Source: Leptogorgia sarmentosa (Eukaryota). From it: 64,000 nucleotides of DNA. The stretch spans positions 1,302,001-1,366,000 of the forward strand of contig OZ210885.1 of NCBI GenBank assembly GCA_964658305.1, written 5' to 3'. A model generated the notes under the pieces. The model saw only the letters and a program-made list of their open reading frames with translations, had not been told where the DNA came from and searched no databases. Shown piece by piece: positions 1-13,075 of the stretch (the stretch's first letter is position 1; each line of letters starts with the position of its first letter). The position numbers and the translations under genes are program-made.

Positions 1-564
1 CTATCATAATCTTAAATTCCTGATCAACAGTGTTCTATTGACGTTTATGCAGTGTACTGAGCAAGCCCTAGCCAGCGCAAGAAATCCATGAATTAATACA
101 ATCACGCCAAATGATATCTGAAACGAGATCTGAGTGTTTTTTGCGCAAAAATTATATAGTAGCTAACAAACCTGGACCCTATAAAGCGCCTTTCATTCAA
201 CCGTCCCCTGACGTTAAGAGATCTATACTATCCTAGTTTATTTGAACAAACATCAACATAATTATGGCCTGTTATCATTCTCTTACTAACCGAATTATAT
301 ACCAATAAACGACTTTCGTATAACGATGACTTTAGATAACTTTCTACAAAGCTATCTTAGTATCTTGTGTTGAAAGTAAGGCTTGGATCCACGATTCTAC
401 AACTGCAAGGCTTGCTCACATGGTTAGCTACTTGCGTGAAAGAAACCCGTTATAATAGTATGCAAATATTAATCGTTCAAACTGTGATGTTCAAATTTAC
501 AGGTATGAAAAGTATATGGGATTGTTTTCATCATCTATCCACGAATCCTCACTCTTTCTTGCAG

Positions 565-3008
565 AATCTTCTTCCTGTGAAATGGATGGCAGTGGAAAGT
601 TTACTTCATGGCCGATTTACAACAGCTAGCGATGTGTAAGTTATCAGGCAATTTGCCAATTTCATTGACTACAAATCATTCGCTATTGCAGTGGAGTTAT
701 ATAAGATATTTAGATTGTTGTAAGCGAGGTTTTCGAGTTCTCATATATGCCTATTCCATTGTTAACATATACTTTTGGATTTTTCAAAGTTACTAAAATA
801 TTGATAGCTTAATGAGCAGGCAAGTTTGGCGGTTTTAATTTGGGGGGGGGGGTTATTTGGCTAAATTTCCAGGATGTTTTATCCGTTTTATCCCTAAACA
901 CAGATACGACATTGTGACGTAAGCTGTTCGCATATTGAAATTTCATATAAAACAATATGACGTCATAATAATGGGAAAAGCGGCAAAATACAAATGACTT
1001 CCTAGAAAAAAGGTTATCGCGTACAAGCGATGAAATAAAATAAATAATGAAGACAGCCTCATTCTTTGAACCTTCACCTTATTAGTTAAACATATCCCTC
1101 GTTGAATATTTTAGAATATAAATATATTACGTTTACGTCAAAATGTTCTAGCAATCAGATTCTTCCAAGAAAATTGCCTTCCCACAAATCATAACCAACT
1201 AGCATTTTGCTGGAAAATTTATTATGTTAATTTTTCTAATCGAAATAGATGGAGCTTTGGTGTTCTTCTTTATGAAATTGCAACTTTGGGTATGTACGTC
1301 AATGTTTCAATACCAAGATTATAATTATATGTAGCATGTGTGTACAACGTCGACATTGCGTACATTTTAAGGCCTTACGCATGATGACGCTTTTGTTCTG
1401 CTGCTTGACTACAAATACCAAAATGTTTAGATAGCATTTGAGCATTTGTTGTAGTTTTCTATCGCCATTCTTGTGAAGCACAAATTCTTAGTTCACTGTA
1501 TCATGAATATTAAAATTTGAAAAGACAAAATTAATTATGTTAACCGATGTTAAAATCGATAATTCACTGACGGTTCAAAAATCTAATTTTCAGGAGAAGA
1601 ACCATACAAGAACATATCGCCGTATAACATAATCAATCACGTTGGATCAGGTTGTCGAATGCCAAAACCAGCTCATTGCTCAAATAAAATGTAAGGCACC
1701 GCTCTAGATAACCTCTGCTTTATTGTAAGGTCAAAAAATTCCATCGAATTTGCTATTTAGTGCAAATTTTGTTCAAATTCGGAAAAAAATTTGGAAAATA
1801 ATGTTTCACCAATACAAGAGAGATTTTGAGAGAGTTTGAATATAGTGCATATATTTGGTTTAAATTACCTTTCATTTACAGAAGGGCACTAGTGGATATT
1901 TCACACATAATTTGGTTCCTAAATTTGCAAAACATTTGTAATGCCGCAAACTGGATTTAATTTATAGCGGATGATGTCATATTTGCACTGGGGATGCAAA
2001 AGGTGGTGCAAATCTATTTTTTCGCTCTGAATCCCATTTTGCATATATGTTCAACATTGTGAAAACTACGTTCAAGATTTTGTCTAAATATTTGATAAAT
2101 AGATATGCATGGTTGTGAAAAATATGTTCAACATTTTGTTTTTAAATATTTTTTGGATTCTTTAGTTTATGGAATTTCAGTAATTACTGCATCCTGGAAT
2201 TATTTGTTTTCAGATACGAAATAATGTGTAATTGTTGGAAAGTGAAAGCAGAAGATCGCCCAACGTTCCCAGAAATATGGCAGGACCTTCAAGACATGTT
2301 GACTGACAACGAGGTATGTTAGGTTCCATCATGTAGCTGTTTAACTTCTACCTACTGTGACATAAAATATCGTGACTGTTAAAACTACATGCACTCAGGG
2401 ACGATGGAAGATGTTCTCGAGCGTGGCTACGGAATGTCTGTAAGACGTTCTGATCCACAAACCCCCGCCCCCCCCCCCCCCCCAACCGCCGCTTCGTTTT
2501 TCAGTACTTCAAGGGGAAAATGTAGTTTAGAGTCTTTTGTGCGTTCGCTTTTCAAGGCTGCTTCCATCTTTAAGGTGATTGGAGGTTGTAAATCATTTGT
2601 GTTTGAGTTAAATCACTCAAATGATATTGTACCTGTGATCAAGTTGGCATTTTTGTGGTCAATACTAAAGTCAAGACATTTTGTGGAGGTGAAAACCATG
2701 TCTAGCCCCCACTAGTAAATTATTGTGGGGGAGGCCGCCCCCACTTTCCCCACGGTTCGGCCGCCCTTGCATGAACTGCACAGTAGTCCCTCTTTGTTAT
2801 ACCGCAGACGTCAACTCCCCTATTTAAAATCACTGAGTACACGGCGTAGGCAATGATGGGGGAACCTTTTGTCCGAAAAAAAATTTGTGTTAAAAAAGTT
2901 GTTAAAAACCTTTAGAAATCGTATATCAACGTGGAGCAAGTAAAAGATGAAGAATCAGAAACAGCAGATGAGGATGAGAGTGATGTGATGATCAAAGATA
3001 CTACTTGA
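565..3008 (+). CDS. Receptor tyrosine kinase (FGFR/RET-like), last five exons; 5' part lies upstream of the window
   Basis: GT-AG exons 565-635, 1249-1289, 1594-1690, 2214-2313, 2916-3008 join in frame: [42 protein letters not shown]...RMPKPAHCS...IYEIMCNCWKVKAEDRPTF...KSYINVEQ...*. LPVKWMA and DVWSFG are tyrosine kinase subdomains VIII-IX. Confidence 0.92.
2396..2769. mobile_element. Degenerate hAT-like MITE in RTK intron
   Basis: CAGGG...CCCTTG imperfect termini flanked by 8-bp near-direct repeat catgcact/catgaact. Confidence 0.55.
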
Positions 3009-3870
3009 AGAACATTATCTCAATGATTTGGAAGTGGATTTTTTAAGATAAACTATGCGAAGGGCAACAGAGGGATGAAAATCCCATTTTTCTTTGTAAA
3101 TATTCATTTTTGAGTAGCTGTACCTCTAAGTAATCATAAATAGACATTTTAGTAACGTAAAGCCTTAGTTACTAAAAACAGTCTTAGTGTACAGAATTGA
3201 ACGGTTACCTCACAGATAAACAAGTCGTGGTTTCCTTGGCGTTCATTCACGTCTATACATTTTTCGTAAATCATCAAGTAAAACCTTGCATGCACCGCCC
3301 AGTACATAAATTAAAAGTTTATTTGACCGAGCGTGATGTTTGTACTATAATATATAATATGAAAATAAAACCGAGGTTTTTTATAGTTCTGATATTTCAC
3401 GGTACAGACCGAATAAGCGAGGTCAATAATCCGTTTATTATATGGCTGAATTCTGAGCATATGTTTTCGTGCGAATTAAATCGGGTATTATAGGTTTTGC
3501 TAGGTAACGTAACGGTATACGGTAGACATAGCTACTTGTTCAATAAAAAACGAATAAATTTAGCTGTTTGAAATTTTTATCTTTGATGATTGATCTTTAA
3601 TTTTTAATTGGAAAATAATTATAGTTTTCTGTTAAATCAAAACGCAAAATTTTTTTAAGATGGAACGTGAAAACGTGAAACATTGGATTTTGCAAAAATC
3701 TTGTCAGTGTCACAACATGACCGTCCAATCTTTCAAGAATTGCTTTTATGGAGGAACACCTGGATTTAGTTGTCACGTGAGTAATAAGAAATGTAATCAT
3801 TGCAACATTGTTTCTATACCATGAACCAAAGAAAATTCACCTGTATTATGACTAATCCCTTTATGATTAA

Positions 3871-6313
3871 TCTTTCTTGCAGAATCTTCTTCCTGTGAAA
3901 TGGATGGCAGTGGAAAGTTTACTTCATGGCCGATTTACAACAGCTAGCGATGTGTAAGTTATCAGGCAATTTGCCAATTTCATTGACTACAAATCATTCG
4001 CTATTGCAGTGGAGTTATATAAGATATTTAGATTGTTGTAAGCGAGGTTTTCGAGTTCTCATATATGCCTATTCCATTGTTAACATATACTTTTGGATTT
4101 TTCAAAGTTACTAAAATATTGATAGCTTAATGAGCAGGCAAGTTTGGCGGTTTTAATTTGGGGGGGGGGGGGTTATTTGGCTAAATTTCCAGGATGTTTT
4201 ATCCGTTTTATCCCTAAACACAGATACGACATTGTGACGTAAGCTGTTCGCATATTGAAATTTCATATAAAACAATATGACGTCATAATAATGGGAAAAG
4301 CGGCAAAATACAAATGACTTCCTAGAAAAAAGGTTATCGCGTACAAGCGATGAAATAAAATAAATAATGAAGACAGCCTCATTCTTTGAACCTTCACCTT
4401 ATTAGTTAAACATATCCCTCGTTGAATATTTTAGAATATAAATATATTACGTTTACGTCAAAATGTTCTAGCAATCAGATTCTTCCAAGAAAATTGCCTT
4501 CCCACAAATCATAACCAACTAGCATTTTGCTGGAAAATTTATTATGTTAATTTTTCTAATCGAAATAGATGGAGCTTTGGTGTTCTTCTTTATGAAATTG
4601 CAACTTTGGGTATGTACGTCAATGTTTCAATACCAAGATTATAATTATATGTAGCATGTGTGTACAACGTCGACATTGCGTACATTTTAAGGCCTTACGC
4701 ATGATGACGCTTTTGTTCTGCTGCTTGACTACAAATACCAAAATGTTTAGATAGCATTTGAGCATTTGTTGTAGTTTTCTATCGCCATTCTTGTGAAGCA
4801 CAAATTCTTAGTTCACTGTATCATGAATATTAAAATTTGAAAAGACAAAATTAATTATGTTAACCGATGTTAAAATCGATAATTCACTGACGGTTCAAAA
4901 ATCTAATTTTCAGGAGAAGAACCATACAAGAACATATCGCCGTATAACATAATCAATCACGTTGGATCAGGTTGTCGAATGCCAAAACCAGCTCATTGCT
5001 CAAATAAAATGTAAGGCACCGCTCTAGATAACCTCTGCTTTATTGTAAGGTCAAAAAATTCCATCGAATTTGCTATTTAGTGCAAATTTTGTTCAAATTC
5101 GGAAAAAAATTTGGAAAATAATGTTTCACCAATACAAGAGAGATTTTGAGAGAGTTTGAATATAGTGCATATATTTGGTTTAAATTACCTTTCATTTACA
5201 GAAGGGCACTAGTGGATATTTCACACATAATTTGGTTCCTAAATTTGCAAAACATTTGTAATGCCGCAAACTGGATTTAATTTATAGCGGATGATGTCAT
5301 ATTTGCACTGGGGATGGCAATGATGGGGGAACCTTTTGTCCGAAAAAAAATTTGTGTTAAAAAAGTTGTTAAAAACCTTTAGAAATCGTATATCAACGTG
5401 GAGCAAGTAAAAGATGAAGAATCAGAAACAGCAGATGAGGATGAGAGTGACGTGATGATCAAAGATACTACTTGAAGAACATTATCTCAATGATTTGGAA
5501 GTGGATTTTTTAAGATAAACTATGCGAAGGGCAACAGAGGGATGAAAATCCCATTTTTCTTTGTAAATATTCATTTTTGAGTAGCTGTACCTCTAAGTAA
5601 TCATAAATAGACGTTTTAGTAACGTAAAGCCTTAGTTAGTTACTAAAAACAGTCTTAGTGTACGGAATTGAACGGTTACCTCACAGATAAACAAATCGTG
5701 GTTTCCTTGGCGTTCATTCACGTCTATACATTTTTCGTAAATCATCAAGTAAAACCTTGCATGCGCCGCCCAGTACATAAATTAAAAGTTTATTTGACCG
5801 AGCGTGATGTTTGTACTATAATATGAAAATAAAACCTAGGTTTTTTATAGTTCTGATATTTCACGGTACAGACCGAATAAGCGAGGTCAATAATCCGTTT
5901 ATTATATGGCTGAATTCTGAGCATATGTTTTCGTGCGAATTAAATCGGGTATTATAGGTTTTGCTAGGTATACGATAGACATAGCTACTTGTTCAATAAA
6001 AAAACAAATAAATTTAGCTGTTTGAAATTTTTATCTTTGATGATTGATCTTTAATTTTTAATTGGAAAATAATTATAGTTTTCTGTTAAATCAAAACGCA
6101 AAATTTTTTTAAGATGGAACGTGAAAACGTGAAACATTGGATTTTGCAAAAATCTTGTCAGTGTCACAACATGACCGTCCAATCTTTCAAGAATTGCTTT
6201 TATGGAGGAACACCTGGATTTAGTTGTCACGTGAGTAATAAGAAATGTAATCATTGCAACATTGTTTCTATACCATGAACCAAAGAAAATTCACCTGTAT
6301 TATGACTAATCCC
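3871..6313 (+). pseudogene. Tandem duplicate of the RTK 3' end (copy of about 553-3859) with an 853-bp deletion removing one exon
   Basis: Near-identical to 553-3859; exons 3883-3953, 4569-4609, 4914-5010, 5383-5475 retained; sequence equivalent to 1997-2849 absent (junction at 5316/5317), so the 100-bp exon is lost and the frame shifts. Confidence 0.88.
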
Positions 6314-7048
6314 CCTAACATAGATGTACAATGCACTAATATCATACCAAACTAATACTGTACCTTGAGTCGCAGTGTATAATTTATCCAGTAAATTAAA
6401 TACACCGATAAAAAACTATTGACTGTTATAATACCCATATAATGAAAACTATTGTCTGCTAATAATAATAATAATAACAACATATAAAAAATCATGCAAT
6501 TGAATCTGTTTATTTTTGAGTTTGCATTTGACCGGTCTAATTAAATTGTCAACACCGCTGATATAATGAAACAGTGCCTAATTATACAATGGACAGTATA
6601 ATAATTTAGGATTAACTATGATTTGTCAGATATAATTGACTGAATATAAAAACGATAGTCTATACCCACAACGGTCTCATGAACAAAATCAGTTTTGAAA
6701 ATTTTGTCATGTAATCGCACGATTGACTTTGATAGAGTTTTGTATTACAAGCAGGGCTGAAATTTCAACCCGGTCAACGGTCCAGGAAACAGGTCCATCA
6801 ACGGCCCCTTACATGCAGGTTTCAGAAATCATAGTTTACAAAGCAGAACACACAGGCATTTTATCGACATCTTACAATGAGTGGTTTTACCCAAGCCAAA
6901 ATTACAGTTATTATAGAGGGATAAGTATTCTAGCTTAAAGTCAGTTCAATTCAACCAGAAATTGGGATCTGACTGCATGCGTATTCAAGTTTTTCATACA
7001 CCCAATATATTGCATGTAGATGCTATAAATGTTCTATCCACTTTTATG

Positions 7049-8465
7049 CTAATTGTGACATTCGTCCAAGAATAAACAGCTCCCATCTCCAGACGCCCCT
7101 TGATACAGCATATCAACCATAAAAGCCATTCTCAATGCCTCATGAGCATCTTCAATCGTGTGCGGGATTAAGCACGAAACAAACTGACGACCATCAGAAT
7201 CATTGAGCTCTTTCAAGTCAACTGGTTTGCCTTTCTTAATATTTGTCATGCGATCACTTGAAGAGCCAAAGGGATGTTTACCTTGATACTGCATATCAAC
7301 CATAAAAGCCATTCTCAATGCCTCATGAGCATCAACCATAAAAGCCATTCTCAATGCCTCATGAGCATATGGTCTATCTTCAATCGTGTGCGCGATTAAG
7401 CACGAAACAAACTGACGACCATCAGAATCATTGAGTTCTTTCAAGTCAACTGGTTTCCCTTTCTTAATATTTGTCATGCGATCACTTGAAGAGCCAAAGG
7501 GATGTTTACCTTTAGTTAAAATGAAAAAAGCAATCATACCAGCCGTTTGAATATCAGATTTCCTTTTAAAACGCCCCTCAACTTTCTCATCAATACTCTT
7601 GATAACTTCAGCAGCCATCCAGCCTCCCGTTCCTTTCGCATTAGTATGAATTGTGGTTTCACCTTCTTTTAGAACACGGCTTATCCCAAAATCGGCTAAT
7701 TTCATGCGATTCTCAACATCCACCAAGACATTTCGTGGTTTAAGATCTCGATGTAGAATGCCTCGATCATGGAGAAACTCAAGTCCACTCAGAATTTCCT
7801 TGATCATTCTTCGACCGTGTGTTTGTAGATGTTCAATGCTTTGGGACTTCACATGTTTGTCCAATGGTTCCTCACAGAGATCAAGAATAAGATAGATGAA
7901 AGTACCGTCATTCAGATACTTGCGATAACTCACAATAAATGGTGATTTCTCGGTGTCAATGAGGCTCAAAATGTTTTTCTCATTTTCAGCTTCGTCTTCG
8001 CATGCTTGTATCAACATGCTCTTCACGGCCACTTCACTGCCATCTTGTAAGACACCAAGATAAACTGACGTGCCATTAGAACCTTTTCCGAGAGAATATT
8101 TTTTGTCCTTCGAAAAACATTTTAGTGGTGGTCCAACCTGCAGTGAAAACAGACGGTCAGATTTTTAATAATTTTTAGTGTATTGACTTTTTTTATGGCA
8201 AGCATGCATATTCAGTGATATGTCGTCAAATGAAAACATGTGTCAGGGAAGAGTGAGAAAAATAAGTCAGATCTCTAAATCAATCCTTCTGTGTAAATCA
8301 TATTTGTCAATTTTTAGACTTTTTCAAAACATTTGGAATGAAAACAAAACGACCTGTTTAATTCGCTTCAATAGTATTGGCCATGGCATGCGTTCTTTTT
8401 GTATATTATAGATTTGCAATGCAGATTCATAACATAAATGGTACTAAATATATAAAAATACTGCA

Positions 8466-8501
<36 letters not shown>

Positions 8502-11500
8502 TGAAAAATTGTTACAAAAACAAATAATGATGTAATTGTTATTTGGAAATTTATTCTTTTCAAGTAAAAATGTACTTAAATTGGTTCGTTTACAATTCAT
8601 ACTATTCAATTTAGTTATCTGGAAGGTATTTGGATTGCGGACCCGCAATTATTAATAATTTTAATAAAACATCGCATCGTTAAAAGGAACCAGAAAAATA
8701 TTTGTGTGTAGATACATGCTGGCAATATTTTACTAATTTCCGGGAAAGTACCGTATAGAATGGGATGAATTAGGACACTTTACACATGTTTAAATATTAT
8801 TCAAAATGAAATAGTCATTAGAGAGAAATCTTTATATGTTATTTTTAATGAATAAGTCTTTACATCTAGTTTAAGCAGCAAATAATATTTAGTTGTAAAC
8901 TAATCATGCATGGTATTGTTATTTTCGTAAATACTTTGGTTGTCCCAATTCACCTAGAGTGGTAGCTATGAATTGGGACCACTAGCAAAATAATATTAGA
9001 TTCCATTTCCACTTGAGACGTTTTCATCATTGTAGATAGAATAGTTGTACTGAAATCAATGGCCTCTGATATGGATGGAGGGCGGAGAAAAATTTAAATG
9101 GAATGTTTGCAAGAATTTATTCCACATTGTAATTTAATTCTGTTGATAGCTCACATTTAGGGCTGTCTTTTCCCCTACCTTTTCCAACTTTTCTTCCTTC
9201 AGTGTTTTCAAACTTTGAATTTCTTTTTGATGTTTGATGGACTTTTTTAAGTTCGTCTGAAATTATTAATAGAATTATTTCCGATCATTTTTGGTCAATT
9301 ATATTTGATCATTTTTAGTCGATTATTTACATGCGACGTACAGCAGGACGTAGAGCAATTCAAAACTACATGGGATCTTAACCAGAGGCGTGGCGCACGG
9401 GTGGGAGGGCGGTGGGTGGGTGACACCCCCCAATAATTCTGAACATTAAAAAGTTGGTCAAAATTGATTTTTTCTTGGTCAAACGAATAGTAAAGGAAAT
9501 ATATTCTTGGTCAAAAGTACTGAGGAAATTCAAAATGTCAACTGACAGCTGTAAGATAATTTCATATTTTCATAAAATTATACCGATTATAACCTTTTAG
9601 TAAAAGGCCGTCCATTTTAAACTACAAAAATGGCACGATGTTCGGAAAATAGCCTCTGATATGGATGGAGGGCGGAGAAAAATTTAAATGGAATGTTTGC
9701 AAGAATTTATTCCACATTGTAATTTAACTCTGTTGATAGCTCACATTTAGGGCTGTCTTTTCCCCTACCTTTTCCAACTTTTCTTCCTTCAGTGTTTCCA
9801 AACTTTGAATTTCTTCTTGATGTTTGATGGACTTTTTTAAGTTCGTCTGAAATTATTAATAGAATTATTTTTGATCATTTTCGGTCAATTAGCTATATTT
9901 GATCATTTTTAGTCGATTATTTACATGCGACGTACAGCAGGACGTAGAGCAATTCAAAACTACATGGGATCTTAACCAGAGGCGTGGCGCACGGGTGGGA
10001 GGGCGGGGGTGGGTGACACCCCCCAATAATTCTGAACATTAAAAAGTTGGTCAAAATTGATTTTTCCTTGGTCAAACGAGTAGTAAAGGATATTCAAAAT
10101 GTCAACTGACAGCTGTAAGATAATTTCATATTTTCATAAAATTATAACGATTATAACCTTTTAGTAAAAGGCCGTCCATTTTGAACTACAAAAATGGCGC
10201 CATGTTCGGAAAATAGCTAGGCCACTGGGTACCGGATGTAGTGATATATGGTCCCTGTTAAAACTGAATTCCATAAATTAAAACAAATGTTACAATTCTA
10301 GCTTTTGGCGCAGATATACATATAGTCGAAATCTTTAATAATGCATACGATCATCGTTTTCATATCATAAAAAAGTGTATAAGATCAAATAAATATACAG
10401 AGTATATTTTTTCTTCATACTTAAACAGTTAAAATTTCATCGTTAGCTGTACATTGCAGTTGTTCGTCAATTTCGTTCCGATTAGCCTTGTTTAACCAGG
10501 GACGGGGGGGGAGGGGGTGCAGAGGTGTAAATATCCCAAATGAGATACGTAACAAATTCGGGTCAATTAAGACGGAACCAAGACTAAAATTCAGGAAAAT
10601 CCCCACAAGAATATGTCTCCAGAAAATTAGAAATATTTTGAAAATTTTTAACAAAAAAGATCTAATACACCACTCCTCAGCGGCAAATAATGAGGGCAAA
10701 ACCTAACAAAAGAGGAATAAAACACCAAAAATCCCATTTCCGATAATATAGAAACCTCAAACAAAGTGTCTCTCGGCCACTCGGCGCCAACCATGGTGGT
10801 GCCTCGTAGGCTCCAACTTCCCCGAACAACTACCGCGTTGCTATGACCTACGTCCAAAAAGAGAATACCTAGGGCACCGTGTAATAAATATACAAAAGGG
10901 GAATTTCTGCATGCATAATATTTAAATAATTAAATAATATTTTCAGGTAATAATATCACTGAATAGCTCCACCCACGGCCACCGCCCCACAACATTGACA
11001 ACAACCAAAGCTTCGCTACGTCCCTGTGTATAATCCCTAATAAGAAAGTAAAACTGTAATACTCAACGACAAAAAAAAATGATCATTTCCATAACTTGGA
11101 TAGACATGACCCTATCATACAGTATATGTCAGGTCCCCGACTATAAATGTGTGTCCCTGCCTACTTAGAGTAAACAAGAAATTTCTCATAATTTAACATG
11201 TTTATCTTCCAAAAATTATAACTTGCCACATTATCATAATACCACATTATGGTATTACAGTCCTTTGTTGTTGTTTACATTAGCACTGCATTACAAAGGA
11301 TTGCTTTGCTATACAAGATTTTAAAGCAAGACTACTACAATGCAAAGTGGCAGTAATCCTCTAAAACCTGCACTGGAACTGGCCCCAATATTTTTCTAAT
11401 TGTAATTTTGATAATGAAAAGACCAGAAGAAGATCAACAAGAGACCCACTGGAAATGTCTTGCATTTCAGGTAGCACATAATCTTCCATTGAGGGTATGT

Positions 11501-12787
11501 GCAAAAAAAAACCTGGACCTCTTTAGCATGGCCGACTTCAGAAATTTTGCATTTCCCTCCTAAAATAAAATCCTGGCAAAGCCACTGAAAACCAAAAGGC
11601 CTCAAAAGGCCTTCTAGTAGGTGCACCTGACCTAACCCTGCCCAATCAAAAAAATTTTAAAAATATGTATCTTACAACATTTAGGTTTTGTCACTCTATC
11701 ATTTAAGGCAATTGACAGTAGAGATATGCCCAAAATAAGAGTTCCTTAATAATAATTGCTGACTAGAACAGGGTGACACCTAACTGGGTAGGAAGGTACA
11801 TTTACAGGGTATTTTATGTGCTAGGCTATTAAAGGTGTGGTGAAAAGGCAATTAAAAAGCAATTAATTAAAATTAAAAAGCAATTAATTAAAATTAAAAA
11901 GCAATTAATTAAAATTAAAAAGCAATTAATTAAAATTAAAAAGCAATGGAACTGGGAGTGTTTCTCAAAAAATTATTAATTTCTCGAGAATTTATTCTGC
12001 CAACATCACTAAATACCACTTCAGCTAGGTGTGTTGCTGTATAGCTGCACTCGATCAAAGTACATCTACATAACTCTGACCTTAACCTTGATACTAACAC
12101 CTTAGTGTAAGCCTCATAGCTATCTAGCCATACTGTAAAACCTAACTAAGTATCATAGGTAGCCCCAGTGGCATGGTGGCTGGGAAATTCAGAGGGGGGG
12201 GGGGGCAGTGTTTAATTTAGGGCCAGAAAATTTTCAATTTAATTTATATTTAGTTATTTTGCAGTATTCTGTTGTAGTTGTTTAGATTAAAGCAAAGTTC
12301 GGAATGGGATGTATGTATTTCTATATGATGGATTATTTGTAAGCAACGATTGGAAAGACAGACTACGATATAAATATCAAGATAAATATCATAAAGATAG
12401 GTATATATATATGGGCTACCTTGTAAGTATACAGAATTTTGATGGTCAGATTTTGAAATTAAATTACTGTGCATGGTGGATTAACATATAACATTTTCAA
12501 AATAGATATGCTACCTTAATAACTTTTTTCTTTTTTCTGAACATCCAGAAGGGCATTCGTCCCTTATCTTTTGATTTGAGCGTGAATTCTGATGGGCATT
12601 TTGGGCACGGGAATGTCTCAATGTTATCCCCATCACGAAGACTTTCAACATACTTCTCTAAACACCCTTTACAAAATTTATGATGACAAGGCAAGCTTCT
12701 CAGTTCTCTGAATTTTTTCAAACATATTGAACACTCTGGCAACCCTTCCAGTTTAACTACAGAATCGTTTCCTGAACCAGAGGCCAT
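7049..12787 (-). CDS. RING finger fused to IRE1/RNase L-type Ser/Thr kinase, no KEN domain (kinase C, about 453 aa)
   Basis: Exon 12787-12515 encodes a C3HC4 RING (CSIC...CHHKFCKGC...CPKC) and ends in a phase-0 donor AAG|GTAGCA. Exon 8137-7049 starts at a phase-0 acceptor CTGCAG|GTT and encodes GKGSNG, VAVK, HRDLKPRN, DFG, GTGGWMAAE, SDIQ, GKHPFG. Each exon is solid; joining them is inferred. Confidence 0.75.
8470..8498. repeat. (TA)n microsatellite
   Basis: Uninterrupted TA run. Confidence 0.95.
9062..10217. repeat. Tandem duplication, two units of about 570-590 bp
   Basis: gcctctgatatggatggagggcgg begins at 9062 and 9652; both units end atgttcggaaaatagc. Confidence 0.92.
9977..11026. mobile_element. 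Putative hAT-like non-autonomous element (left end also duplicated at 9383)
   Basis: Left end cagaggcgtggcg resembles reverse complement of right end cgctacgtccctg; no convincing TSD. Confidence 0.4.
11849..11947. repeat. 21-bp AT-rich minisatellite, about 4.5 copies
   Basis: Unit aaaaagcaattaattaaaatt. Confidence 0.92.
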
Positions 12788-12813
12788 TGCCAACAAGAAA
12801 TAATAGTACGTAA

Positions 12814-12860
12814 CGGAAGTGAAGGGAAACTCCCACGGACTGGAAACTCCTAGGAAGTTC
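12814..12860. promoter_or_regulatory. Cluster of NF-kB-like and ETS-like motifs just upstream of the RING-kinase ATG
   Basis: CGGAAGT 12814-12820, GGGAAACTCCC 12824-12834, TGGAAACTCCT 12841-12851, AGGAAGTTC 12852-12860. Confidence 0.5.
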
Positions 12861-12979
12861 AAACTTGACTCGCCAAAATGTATATTCTGTAAAATATCCT
12901 GTCTATTTGATGAATTTTCAACGGTTTTTGGAAACCTGAAATGTCAACACTTTGAATACAGGTCAGTCGTCATAAGAGT

Positions 12980-13075
12980 AATATGGTATAGTAGAAATGT
13001 ATCAATTGGTAATTTGGTATAGTAGAGATATGTACCAATGGAAATATGGTATAGTAGAAATATGTATCAATTGGT
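12980..13075. repeat. About 31-bp tandem repeat, 3 copies
   Basis: Unit approximately aatatggtatagtagaaatgtatcaattggt. Confidence 0.85.

Noticed and set aside
7653..7895. Antisense and other short ORFs in the track (also 18370, 22979, 23690, 36655, 55889 and similar)
   Set aside because: Shadows of real exons or chance ORFs in introns and repeats, with no recognisable motifs.
12515..12787. Full TRIM gene
   Set aside because: No B-box, coiled-coil, filamin or NHL exons found downstream on that strand.
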